Assembly: GCA_963678065.2 (NCBI GenBank)
Contig: CAXXVZ010000003.1
Span: 2,048,001-2,112,000, forward strand
Reading direction: 5' to 3'
Origin: Treponemataceae bacterium
GTDB lineage: Bacteria > Spirochaetota > Spirochaetia > Treponematales > Rectinemataceae
Length of the DNA: 64,000 nt
In this document: piece by piece, positions 39,163 through 47,824 of the stretch
How the letters are laid out: the number at the start of each line of letters is the position of its first letter
Numbering within the stretch: the first letter of the stretch is position 1
Notes under the pieces: generated by a model
Told to the model about the DNA's origin: nothing
What the model saw: only the letters and a program-made list of their open reading frames with translations
Database searches by the model: none
Made by a program: the position numbers and the translations under genes

Positions 39163-39521
39163 GACAGGACAGCAACCCGATGATCGATTTTCATTGTCAA
39201 TCCTTTCGGAAGGATATCAATATTTCACCACATTCCTGACAATAATGCAATAGAAAACCAGAGACTCCCCTTCAGGAGAGTCCCGGAAGCTTTCGCATCA
39301 CGGTTCGGCACACGCAAGGTGCCGGTGAGCATATGAATCCATGAGGTGCCGCCGAAACAGGCTCCCGTCATGGCCGCCACGGGCGCCGGGCGCTTAGTAG
39401 AAAATAGCATATCATCATTCCAGTCATTCATCAATATTAACCCGTGAAAATGACAGAGGCCGGAAAAATGGATTGGGTGCGATCCCTCGCCCACACCCGC
39501 CATCTGTGATACAAGGTAAGT

Positions 39522-39746
39522 ATGTCCGAAGAACAACCGAACAATCCTCTGCATGGAATTACACTGGAGGCGATGCTGACGCGCCTCGTCGACCGCTATG
39601 GATGGGAGTATCTCGCGTCGCGGATCAACGTGCGCGCCTTCAAGTATGATCCGAGCATCAAATCGGCCCTCATTTTCCTGCGCAGGACCCCTTGGGCGAG
39701 GGAAAAACTCGAACGGATTTATCTGCGGACGAGGTTTCGTGAATGA
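39522..39746 (+). CDS. VF530 family (DUF2132) small DNA-binding protein
   Basis: [31 protein letters not shown]. Confidence 0.9.
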   Translation: MSEEQPNNPLHGITLEAMLTRLVDRYGWEYLASRINVRAFKYDPSIKSALIFLRRTPWAREKLERIYLRTRFRE

Positions 39747-40864
39747 ACCGGAATGCCTGTGCTTCGGCAGGGAAGGCCCGGGAGCACGGGCGTTCCCGAC
39801 ACTCGATCCGGGGCCGCTCTGTCGGCAGGATGGCAGCGTACGCCGCTGGATTGGTAAGTCTCTGCCTTCTGTCGTCTTGCTATCTCACGACTCAGGGTGC
39901 ACGATATTTGTCCATCGTCGCGACCGCAAAGTCCGCGGAGAAACTTCTCGCCGATCCCGGAACGGACGACGCCACGCGCCGGCTCCTCGAAACCGCCCTC
40001 GACGCGAGGGCCTACGCCATCGGAACCATCGGTCTGCGCACTACGAAGAACTACCGCTCCCTGGCCAAGGTCGATTCGGATCATCTCGTCACGGTCGTCC
40101 AGGCCTGCGCCGAACTGTCCTTCGACCGCTATCTCTGGACGTATCCTTTCGTGGGCAAGCTTCCCTATAAAGGTTTCTTCGACCCGAAAGATGCAGAGGC
40201 CGAGGCAGAACGACTCAAGAAGTTGGGCTACGACGTCATACGGCGACCATCGGACGCTTTCAGCACCCTCGGCTTCTTGGCCGATCCGCTCTTTTCCTTC
40301 ATGAAGTCCTGGGACGAGTATGACATCGTCGAACTGGTGATCCATGAGATGACCCATGCGACTATCTTCCTGCGGGACAGGAAGGCGGGAAATTTTAACG
40401 AAGAACTGGCGACCTTCGTGGGAAGGCAGGGGGCGCTGGACTTCATCGCTTCCCGTCGTGGAAAAGATTCGGGAGAATATGCTTCCGCTCTGGCTGGCAT
40501 CGCGGACGCACAACATTTTTCAGCCTTTCTGCGGGGAACGGCGCAGCGACTGGAGGAGATCTATACCTCGCGGCTGCGCGAGGAGGATAAGCGGGAGGCG
40601 AAGAAGCGCATCATCGGGGAAAGGTCCGTTCTTTTCGGGCACGAATACGCTTCAATCTTTTCTCCGGAGGGCTTCAGTCGCTACCGGGATTATCCCATGG
40701 ACAGAATCAACAACGCCCTCCTCGATCTTTATCGACTCTACGAGGGGGAACCGGAACTTTACAGGGACTACTACGAAAAATCCTGTGGCTCGGATCTCGC
40801 GACTTTCGTCCGGAAGTTGAAAGAGGCAAAGAACCCCGTGCGAGAACTCCGCACGGGGCCATAA
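39743..40864 (+). CDS. predicted zinc aminopeptidase, lipoprotein
   Basis: LSSC lipobox, W.YP.VG..PYKGFF, AFSTLG, IHEMTH, FNEELA; start may be near 39830. Confidence 0.82.
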   Translation: MNRNACASAGKAREHGRSRHSIRGRSVGRMAAYAAGLVSLCLLSSCYLTTQGARYLSIVATAKSAEKLLADPGTDDATRRLLETALDARAYAIGTIGLRTTKNYRSLAKVDSDHLVTVVQACAELSFDRYLWTYPFVGKLPYKGFFDPKDAEAEAERLKKLGYDVIRRPSDAFSTLGFLADPLFSFMKSWDEYDIVELVIHEMTHATIFLRDRKAGNFNEELATFVGRQGALDFIASRRGKDSGEYASALAGIADAQHFSAFLRGTAQRLEEIYTSRLREEDKREAKKRIIGERSVLFGHEYASIFSPEGFSRYRDYPMDRINNALLDLYRLYEGEPELYRDYYEKSCGSDLATFVRKLKEAKNPVRELRTGP

Positions 40865-40877
40865 TGCGGGCCTGCCT

Positions 40878-42755
40878 TCAGCCCATCGCGCGATCCGCTG
40901 TCAGCCTGTCCACGAGGGCGGCGAAGCGATCGATGTTCCGACCGACCATCGCGGCACTCGCCTTCCAGAAGTCGGGCACCGTGAGGTCGACGCCGAGGTG
41001 CTTCATGACGAGTTCCTCGACATCCATCCTGCCGGTGTCGCGAAGGAGGGCCGCGTAGGCGGCAGGGAAGCCCTCCCCCATCTGGTCGCGGCGGGCGAGG
41101 ATGCCGAGGCTGAAGAGGTATCCGAAGGTGTAGGGGAAGTTGTAGAAGGACCGTCCTGTCATGTGGAAGTGGAGCTTGGAAGCCCAGAACATCTCGTCGT
41201 ACTCGCAGAGACTGTCGCCGTAGTAGCGCTCCCAGGCTTTTTTCATGAGCTCGCGGAGGGCATCGGGGCCGAGCGGCTTGTCGGCCCTCGCCTCGTAGAA
41301 GGATCTCTCGAAGGCGAAGCGAGCCGGGATGTTGAGGAGGAAGGTCGCGGCGTCCTGGGCGTTGGACCACTCCACATCGAGCATGGCGGCGGGGTCCTCT
41401 CCGGCGCGCTCTGCGAGCATCTCGCCCACGATGGCTTCCCCGAAGGTGCTGGCAGTCTCGGCGAGGCACATCGGATAGCGGGTCTCGGCGAGAGGCAGGG
41501 ACTCGACGATGCGGCCGTGCCAGGCGTGGCCGAGCTCGTGCGCCAGAGTCGAGATGTCGCTCATGCTGCCGCGGTAGACCATGTAGACGCAGGTCCGTCT
41601 CGATTTGGGGAAGCTCGTGCAGTAGGCGCCGGGGCGCTTTCCGGGCATGGACCGGCCCTCGATGCGCTTTTCACGCGCCATTTCGAGGATGAAGTCGCCC
41701 ATGGCCGGCTCGATAGCGCCATAGGCCTCGGCGACGAAGGCGAGCCCCTCATCGAAGGGAAGGAGTTCGGGCTCCGCGCCCTCTGGCACGGGGGCGGAGG
41801 CGATGAGGTCCCAGGGTCCCAAGGCGGGTATACCGAGGAGCCGGGCCTGGAGGGCGAGAGCTCTGCGGCCGATCCCCATGGATTCGTCGACGACCGCCAT
41901 CATGGCGTCCAGAGTCTCGGCCTTGAGGTGGTTGGCGTCGAGGGCGGTGTCCAGATAATGGACTTTCTCGACGCTGGACCGAAGGCGGTTCTCGGTGTGG
42001 CGCCAGCCTGCGATCGCGTTGAGGATGGCGGCGCAGCTTTCGTCCTGGAGCCTGAACGCCTCGTTGATGCCGGCGAAGGCCGCCATGCGCATCTCTCTGT
42101 CACTCTGGCGAAGGATGCTCGCGGCCTGTGCGAGCCCTAGAATCTTTGTGCCCTGTGAAGTTTTCAGGGAGACCTTCATGGTCCCGGTGATGCTGTCGTA
42201 GAGATTACCCCAGGCTGTGTGTCCGTCGGGGCGGAATGAAGACAGCAGTTTTTCTTCGGCGAGCGAGAGTCTGCGTTTGGCAAGCCGGCGATCGCGGCCG
42301 AGTCCATAGGCGAGGGAGATTGTTTCGGGGTTCGCGAGGAAGGCGGCATAGAAAGTTTCGGGCGAGAGCACGAGAACAAGTTCGAGAGCGCCTGAGGCCG
42401 AGTCCAGCGAGGCGCCGAGAACGGTGAGGCTGCCCCTGAGCTCCTTCGCGTGCGCATCGGAACCATCGACCGAGAGTATGCAGTTCACATAGCGACTCAG
42501 GTTGCCGAGAAGAAGTACCGCCCTCTGAACAAGAATGGCGCATTCCTGACACTCCGCAAGAAGTGTAGCGTCCCGGACAGGGTCAAGGCTGGTTGCATCG
42601 TGCAGGCGGGCGGCTATGCGGGCGCTGAAGCTTTCTATGGAAGCGACGAGATCCTTGACTTCTGCGCGGTCAGCTTCGAAAACTGGAGATTCGTAGGATT
42701 CATATTCGTTGGCGAGGTTCCAGGCTGGCCCCTGGATTTCTTCGTGTCTATTCAT
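40878..42755 (-). CDS. pepF: oligoendopeptidase F (M3B)
   Basis: KRPGAYC, TLAHELGHAWH, LAETASTF, FYNFPYTFGYL. Confidence 0.9.
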   Translation of the reverse strand: MNRHEEIQGPAWNLANEYESYESPVFEADRAEVKDLVASIESFSARIAARLHDATSLDPVRDATLLAECQECAILVQRAVLLLGNLSRYVNCILSVDGSDAHAKELRGSLTVLGASLDSASGALELVLVLSPETFYAAFLANPETISLAYGLGRDRRLAKRRLSLAEEKLLSSFRPDGHTAWGNLYDSITGTMKVSLKTSQGTKILGLAQAASILRQSDREMRMAAFAGINEAFRLQDESCAAILNAIAGWRHTENRLRSSVEKVHYLDTALDANHLKAETLDAMMAVVDESMGIGRRALALQARLLGIPALGPWDLIASAPVPEGAEPELLPFDEGLAFVAEAYGAIEPAMGDFILEMAREKRIEGRSMPGKRPGAYCTSFPKSRRTCVYMVYRGSMSDISTLAHELGHAWHGRIVESLPLAETRYPMCLAETASTFGEAIVGEMLAERAGEDPAAMLDVEWSNAQDAATFLLNIPARFAFERSFYEARADKPLGPDALRELMKKAWERYYGDSLCEYDEMFWASKLHFHMTGRSFYNFPYTFGYLFSLGILARRDQMGEGFPAAYAALLRDTGRMDVEELVMKHLGVDLTVPDFWKASAAMVGRNIDRFAALVDRLTADRAMG

Positions 42756-42814
42756 GAGGCCAGCCTAGCACGGCGACCGTGTAGAGGCAAGGCAAGGGTG
42801 TTTCGGCCGCTCGT

Positions 42815-43576
42815 TCAGAGTCCGGCTTTGGCCTTCACTCTGTCGCGCCCTGCGACGGCTTCCTCGAAGCGGGGATTGATGGCCAGGGCCTTGCCGAAGG
42901 CGTCGTAGGCGCGCTTGTACTGGCCCTGGGCCTCGCAGGCGAAGCCGAGCCTGTACCACCAGCGGTACATGGTCGATGCCTTTGCGAGAGCCGTCGTGAA
43001 CGCGATGTCGGCGTGGGCGAATTTCTTGAGACGCATGTAGGCTTCGCCCATGTAGTAGTAGGCATTGGGCGCGAGTTCGGCAGAATCCTCAGCGGTTTCG
43101 ATGTATTTCTGAAGGTAACCGAGAGCCTCCTCGTTCTGGCCAAGGAGGTAAGAGGATTCGCCGAGCACTTCGACGATGCGCGGATCGAAAGATATTTTGA
43201 GCGCTTCCTGTCCGTACTTGAGAACATCCTGGTGCTTGCCTAGCCTGAAAAGGCTCCAGCTCCGCACGACGTGGGCGTCCATATCGCGCGAATTGGCCAC
43301 AATGGCCTGCTCGCTCTTGGTCACGGCCTGTGCGTACACGGTCATGGCCGCCGCGGTCTTGCCCTCATACTCGAGATCCCGCCCCTGACGATAGAGAGTC
43401 ATGGCGTCGCGCTGGGCTTGGGCCCCGACAGCCGCGGGCAGAAAGGCGATGCACACGACGACAAGGAAGGTGGCGACGAAACGTGTATGCCTGTTCCCGC
43501 GCACGATCGGGACTGAGACCGCGCGCAAGTCCTCACGACCCGCGCGCATTCCGGAACAGCAGGAACCCGCTTCCAT
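42815..43576 (-). CDS. tetratricopeptide repeat protein, probably exported
   Basis: TPR-like helices (AYYYMGEAY, WWYRLGFA); hydrophobic segment; start uncertain (ATG 43576 with AGGAG, or GTG 43504). Confidence 0.8.
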   Translation of the reverse strand: MEAGSCCSGMRAGREDLRAVSVPIVRGNRHTRFVATFLVVVCIAFLPAAVGAQAQRDAMTLYRQGRDLEYEGKTAAAMTVYAQAVTKSEQAIVANSRDMDAHVVRSWSLFRLGKHQDVLKYGQEALKISFDPRIVEVLGESSYLLGQNEEALGYLQKYIETAEDSAELAPNAYYYMGEAYMRLKKFAHADIAFTTALAKASTMYRWWYRLGFACEAQGQYKRAYDAFGKALAINPRFEEAVAGRDRVKAKAGL

Positions 43577-43578
43577 TC

Positions 43579-45063
43579 TCACTCCTGGAGTATCCTGTTG
43601 ATCTCCGCGGCGGCCCGCCTTCCCTCGCCCATCGCGAGTATGACGGTGGCCGCGCCGAGAACGATATCTCCGCCTGCATAGACGCGATCCATGCTCGTCT
43701 TCTGTTTCTCGTCGACGAGAATGTGCCCCCACTTGTCGACACTTATCGCCTTGGTTGTGCGCGAGATGAGGGGGTTGGACTCGTTGCCTATGGCGACGAT
43801 GACGGTATCGAAGGGAACGATGTGTTCGCTGCCCGCGATGGCCACTGGGCTGCGTCTGCCGGAGGCATCTGGCTCGCCGAGCTCATAGGAGAGGACTTCG
43901 AGGGTCTCCGCTCGCCCTTCAGCGTCGCCGATGACCCTGGTCGGGCTCGCCAGGAAGTCGAAGACGACGCCTTCTTCCATGGCGTGGCCGATCTCCTCGA
44001 CGCGCGCGGGCATCTCTTCCAGTGTGCGGCGGTAGAGGATGTGGACGTCCTCCGCGCCGAGGCGGAGGGCCATGCGGGCCGAGTCCATGGCGACGTTTCC
44101 GCCTCCGAGGACGGCCACGCGCCGGCTCGGGTAGATTGGAGTTGCGGCCTTCGCCTGGTCGTAGGCCTTCATGAGATTGGCGCGGGTGAGATACTCGTTC
44201 GCGCTGAAGACGCCGACGAGGTTTTCGCCGGGAATGTTCATGAACTTGGGAAGTCCCGCGCCGGTGCCGACGAAGACCGCGTCGAATCCATCTTTCTCGA
44301 TGAGGTCGGAGAGTTTCCTGGTGCGTCCGATCAGGTAGTTGAGCCTGAACGTGACGCCCATGGACTCGAGGGCGGCCGCCTCGGCGGCGACGAGGGCCTT
44401 GGGAAGGCGGAACTCGGGAATGCCGTAGACCATGACGCCGCCGGCTTTGTGGAAGGCCTCGAATATGACCACCTCGTGGCCGGCGCGCCTTAGGTCGGCG
44501 GCGCAGGTGAGACCGGCAGGGCCGGCACCGACGACGGCAACGCGCTTCCCTGTGGCGGGCGCGATCTCTGGGTTGGAGACAGTGCCGGAAGCGCGCTCGG
44601 AATCAGCGGCGAAGCGCTCGAGCCTTCCGATCTGGACGGCCTTCTCGATGGAGCCGAGGGATTTGCCGACCGTGCAGGTGAGCTGGCACTGCTTTTCCTG
44701 GGGACAGACGCGTCCGCAGATGGAGGGCAGGAGATTGGTCCTCTTGAGGACGGCGGCAGCTCCGACAGAATCTCCCTCGCGAATTTTCATGATGAAGCCG
44801 GGGATGTCGACCTGGACGGGGCAGCCCTTGGCGCAGGGAGCATTCTTGCAGTTCAGGCAACGCTGCGCCTCGAGGACGGCCTGTTCGGGCGCGTAACCGA
44901 GGGCAACCTCCTGCATGTTGGCGCGCCTGATCGCGGGATCCTGACAGGCCATGTCCTGGACAGGCAAGGCGATACGATCTTTGGGCGAAAGAGTTCTGCC
45001 CTTGATGGACTCGAGTACGACTCCGGCGGCGGCCGCGAGTTCTCCATATCCCTGGGCTCTCAT
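43579..45063 (-). CDS. nfnB: NfnB/SudA (GltD-like) large subunit of the electron-bifurcating transhydrogenase
   Basis: RCLNC...C..GCPV, CGRVCPQEKQC, GAGPAG, YGIPEFRLPK, GGGNVAMD; paired with nfnA. Confidence 0.88.
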   Translation of the reverse strand: MRAQGYGELAAAAGVVLESIKGRTLSPKDRIALPVQDMACQDPAIRRANMQEVALGYAPEQAVLEAQRCLNCKNAPCAKGCPVQVDIPGFIMKIREGDSVGAAAVLKRTNLLPSICGRVCPQEKQCQLTCTVGKSLGSIEKAVQIGRLERFAADSERASGTVSNPEIAPATGKRVAVVGAGPAGLTCAADLRRAGHEVVIFEAFHKAGGVMVYGIPEFRLPKALVAAEAAALESMGVTFRLNYLIGRTRKLSDLIEKDGFDAVFVGTGAGLPKFMNIPGENLVGVFSANEYLTRANLMKAYDQAKAATPIYPSRRVAVLGGGNVAMDSARMALRLGAEDVHILYRRTLEEMPARVEEIGHAMEEGVVFDFLASPTRVIGDAEGRAETLEVLSYELGEPDASGRRSPVAIAGSEHIVPFDTVIVAIGNESNPLISRTTKAISVDKWGHILVDEKQKTSMDRVYAGGDIVLGAATVILAMGEGRRAAAEINRILQE

Positions 45064-45926
45064 CTGGCTTCTCCCCTCTGCGATTCAAGCTTTTCAGCGG
45101 CCATTTCGAGGTGGCAGCGGTCGTGATCGGCCGTCTCCTTGCTCTTATAGGCCCGGAGGCGGGACATCATACCCTCCCAATCCACGAGGTGGCCGTCGAA
45201 TTCGGGACCGTCGACACAGACGAACTTGGTCTTTCCGCCCACGGAGACGCGGCATCCGCCGCACATGCCCGTGCCGTCGATCATGATAGTGTTGAGCGAC
45301 ACGAGGGTGCGGACGCCGAAGGGTTTGGTCGTGGCGGCGCAAAATTTCATCATGATGGGCGGCCCGATGGCGACGACGATGTCCGGAGGATTGGCTGAGG
45401 CGCAGAGTTCCTTGAGGGGCTCGGTGACGAGGGCTTTGCGCCCGGCGGAACCGTCGTCCGTGACGACGATGTTGGTTTCCGCGAGGGCGTTCAACTCGTC
45501 CTGCATGATGAGAAGGCTGGCTGTGCGCGCGCCGGAGATGACGGTGACTCTGTTGCCCGCTCTCTTGAGCGCCTCGACGATGGGGTGGAGGGGTGCGAGT
45601 CCGATACCGCCGCCGACACAGACGGCGTGGCCGAAATTCTCGATGTGGGTAGGATTCCCAAGAGGCCCGAGGACGATGAGGGAATCGCCCGGCTCTTTCA
45701 TCGCGAGCTTGTGAGTCGTCGCCCCGACAGTCTGAAAAATCAGACTGATCGTTCCCGCCGCAGGGTCCGCGTGGGCGATAGTGAGCGGAATCCGCTCTCC
45801 ATACTCCGCGTCGACCTGAACAATCACGAACTGTCCGGCCTGCCGTTCGCGTGCAATCTCGGGAGCATTCACTTCCATGCGATAGACATCGTCCGAAAGC
45901 TGCCTTTTCGCGGCGATCGTATTCAT
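45060..45926 (-). CDS. nfnA: NfnA/SudB small subunit (FAD/NAD-binding, 2Fe-2S)
   Basis: ERIPLTIA, GPLG, GGGIG, DGTGMCGGCRV, VCVDGPEFD. Confidence 0.9.
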   Translation of the reverse strand: MNTIAAKRQLSDDVYRMEVNAPEIARERQAGQFVIVQVDAEYGERIPLTIAHADPAAGTISLIFQTVGATTHKLAMKEPGDSLIVLGPLGNPTHIENFGHAVCVGGGIGLAPLHPIVEALKRAGNRVTVISGARTASLLIMQDELNALAETNIVVTDDGSAGRKALVTEPLKELCASANPPDIVVAIGPPIMMKFCAATTKPFGVRTLVSLNTIMIDGTGMCGGCRVSVGGKTKFVCVDGPEFDGHLVDWEGMMSRLRAYKSKETADHDRCHLEMAAEKLESQRGEAR

Positions 45927-45950
45927 TCAATTCTCCAGGCGGGAATGAGT

Positions 45951-45968
45951 TTATGCAACTATATACAA
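45951..45968. promoter_or_regulatory. candidate Rex-like operator upstream of nfnAB
   Basis: TTATGCAACTATATACAA, an imperfect match to TTGTGAA-N4-TTCACAA. Confidence 0.35.
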
Positions 45969-45983
45969 TTGATAAAAGTTTTC

Positions 45984-46658
45984 CTACTCCTTGAGTCTCG
46001 ATCCGGCAGGGTGGATGCCAAAGACTCTGGAGAGGGGGTGGACCATGCTGCCCGCCCCCAGGATGGTTCCCGGATTCAGGACCGAGTTGCAGCCGATCTC
46101 GCAGCCATCGCCGATGAGAGCTCCGAATTTGGCCAAACCTGTGTCGAACTTCCCCTCTCCGGTCCTGACGGCAACATTTCCCTTGTCGAGTCTGACATTG
46201 GAGACGATGACGCCCGCGCCGATGTGGGCTTTGTATCCGAACACCGTATCCCCTACATAGTTGAAATGGGGCACTTCGGCATTTTTGAACAGGAGGCAGT
46301 TCTTGATTTCGCAGCAGTGTCCGAGGATGGAGCCTGAGCCCGCAATCACGTTCTCCCGGACGTAGAGCCCCTGTCTGAGCATGCAACCCTCGCCGATCCA
46401 GGCGGGTCCCTTGATGTAGACGCCCGGTTCGACAACGCAGCCCGGCCCGAGATAGACCCCCGGACCGACAAAACTCATAGGATGCACATGCGAATGCAGG
46501 CCCGCCGGGTAGTCGGTGGTGAGAAGACGGGCAAGGTATCCCTGAATGCGGGGCGGGACCTCCCAGGGCGCATCGGTGTCGGCGAAGATGGCCGCATGCT
46601 CGGTCATATCGAGGTCGAAGAGTTCGGGCAAACCTTGAATCCGTGAACGGTACATCAT
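45984..46658 (-). CDS. left-handed beta-helix acyltransferase, GlmU C-terminal-like
   Basis: Hexapeptide repeats, EIKNCLL, PHFNYVGD, KFGALIGD, GCNSVLNPG; ATG 46658 overlaps the upstream stop. Confidence 0.82.
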   Translation of the reverse strand: MMYRSRIQGLPELFDLDMTEHAAIFADTDAPWEVPPRIQGYLARLLTTDYPAGLHSHVHPMSFVGPGVYLGPGCVVEPGVYIKGPAWIGEGCMLRQGLYVRENVIAGSGSILGHCCEIKNCLLFKNAEVPHFNYVGDTVFGYKAHIGAGVIVSNVRLDKGNVAVRTGEGKFDTGLAKFGALIGDGCEIGCNSVLNPGTILGAGSMVHPLSRVFGIHPAGSRLKE

Positions 46659-47614
46659 GAGAGGCTCCACAGAGGGACGGGATATCGCCCCGCCTCGCAG
46701 AGGCGGGCGATCTGGCGGCGGGATTCGTCGAGATCTTCCTTATATGTCAGTCCGAAGAGGGATTCCGAAACCGGAAGGACCTTAACCTGGGCCTGCCCCG
46801 CCCGGACAAGGCTGTCTACGATGCCTGGCAGGAAAAACTCCGCCCTGAGCCTCGCGCCCTCCGGAGCGGAGCGGAGATCCTGAAGGAAGTCCCCGAACAA
46901 TGACCGTCCCGCGTCGAAAACAGCCGGGGTAAAGCCCCACAGATTCATGGATACCGGCTCCGTCCCCGTAAATCTCGCCCGCGTCAGCCCATCAGGGGAG
47001 GCGGAGCGGAACCCTTTCCTCTCACCCTCCATCTCCGCTGCGATTGACAGGTGTTCCTCGATCCCGACAAGGAAGCCATCGCTGTCCGTAGTGCAGACGC
47101 CCCGGGAAACCGGACCGAAGGGACTCGTCGTGTGCGAGAGCCGGTAACCGGCCAGGCAGAAATCGCTCCTGGCCGGGTCGGAAATCGCGAGGAAATCATG
47201 GACGACCGAAAAAGCTTCCCGGCCGTAATAGTCGTCGGCGTTGATCACGGCGAAGGCGACCTGGCCCCCGTTCTCGAGCGCCGTTTGCGCACACAGGAGG
47301 GCGTGGCCTGTTCCCCAAGGTTTTGTCCTGCCGACGAGAAGATTCCCGAACTCAGGCGGAATGAAGCTGTCCTGCGCCTGCCAGGCCAGGGAATAGCGCA
47401 AGGTGGAGGGCAGTCTGGAAAGGATGGTCCGGGAAAAATCTTCCTCGATTTCCTTCCGGACGAGGAAAACGACTTCGTCGAATCCCGCGCCGAGGGCGTC
47501 GAAAACGGAATACTCGAGGATGGACTCTCCCGCGGGACCGACGGGGGCGACCTGCTTGATTCCGCCGAAACGGGACCCTATTCCCGCGGCAAGCACGAGC
47601 AATTTTGTCTTCAT
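46655..47614 (-). CDS. sugar-phosphate nucleotidyltransferase family protein
   Basis: LAAGIGSRFGG.KQ, RTKPWGTGHA, INADDYYG, SMNLWGFTP; start re-set to ATG 47614. Confidence 0.85.
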   Translation of the reverse strand: MKTKLLVLAAGIGSRFGGIKQVAPVGPAGESILEYSVFDALGAGFDEVVFLVRKEIEEDFSRTILSRLPSTLRYSLAWQAQDSFIPPEFGNLLVGRTKPWGTGHALLCAQTALENGGQVAFAVINADDYYGREAFSVVHDFLAISDPARSDFCLAGYRLSHTTSPFGPVSRGVCTTDSDGFLVGIEEHLSIAAEMEGERKGFRSASPDGLTRARFTGTEPVSMNLWGFTPAVFDAGRSLFGDFLQDLRSAPEGARLRAEFFLPGIVDSLVRAGQAQVKVLPVSESLFGLTYKEDLDESRRQIARLCEAGRYPVPLWSLS

Positions 47615-47737
47615 TATGTCATGATTAGGCACTCGCCAAGGCCTGAGGTCAAGTCCGCCGGCATACGCGCGCGGTTCCCTCACGCGCCGGAATACGAAGA
47701 AAAACAGTTCGGTTGTCAGACAGCTTTTTCCCCCGTC

Positions 47738-47766
47738 TTGAATAATTTATTGTCCGAATGTACTAT
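47738..47766 (+). promoter_or_regulatory. putative sigma70 promoter of nifJ
   Basis: TTGAAT-17 nt-TACTAT in an AT-rich patch 59 nt before the ATG. Confidence 0.55.
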
Positions 47767-47824
47767 TATACAAGCTCCGGACAGAGCCTATCCAAATCCT
47801 CATCCTCTACCAAAAGGAATCACA

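Noticed and set aside
39163..39521. JUMPstart/ops element or small ORF (39225..39554) upstream of the glycan operon
   Set aside because: No ggcggtag ops motif seen; the ORF lacks motifs and overlaps the VF530 gene start; only a small hairpin (39260-39283) is present
43579..45063. Glutamate synthase small subunit (gltD)
   Set aside because: No large subunit nearby; direct pairing with the NfnA-like gene indicates NfnAB
47051..47824. 258-aa N-terminal extension of nifJ
   Set aside because: Overlaps the opposite-strand nucleotidyltransferase; promoter, SD and PFOR homology all point to 47825
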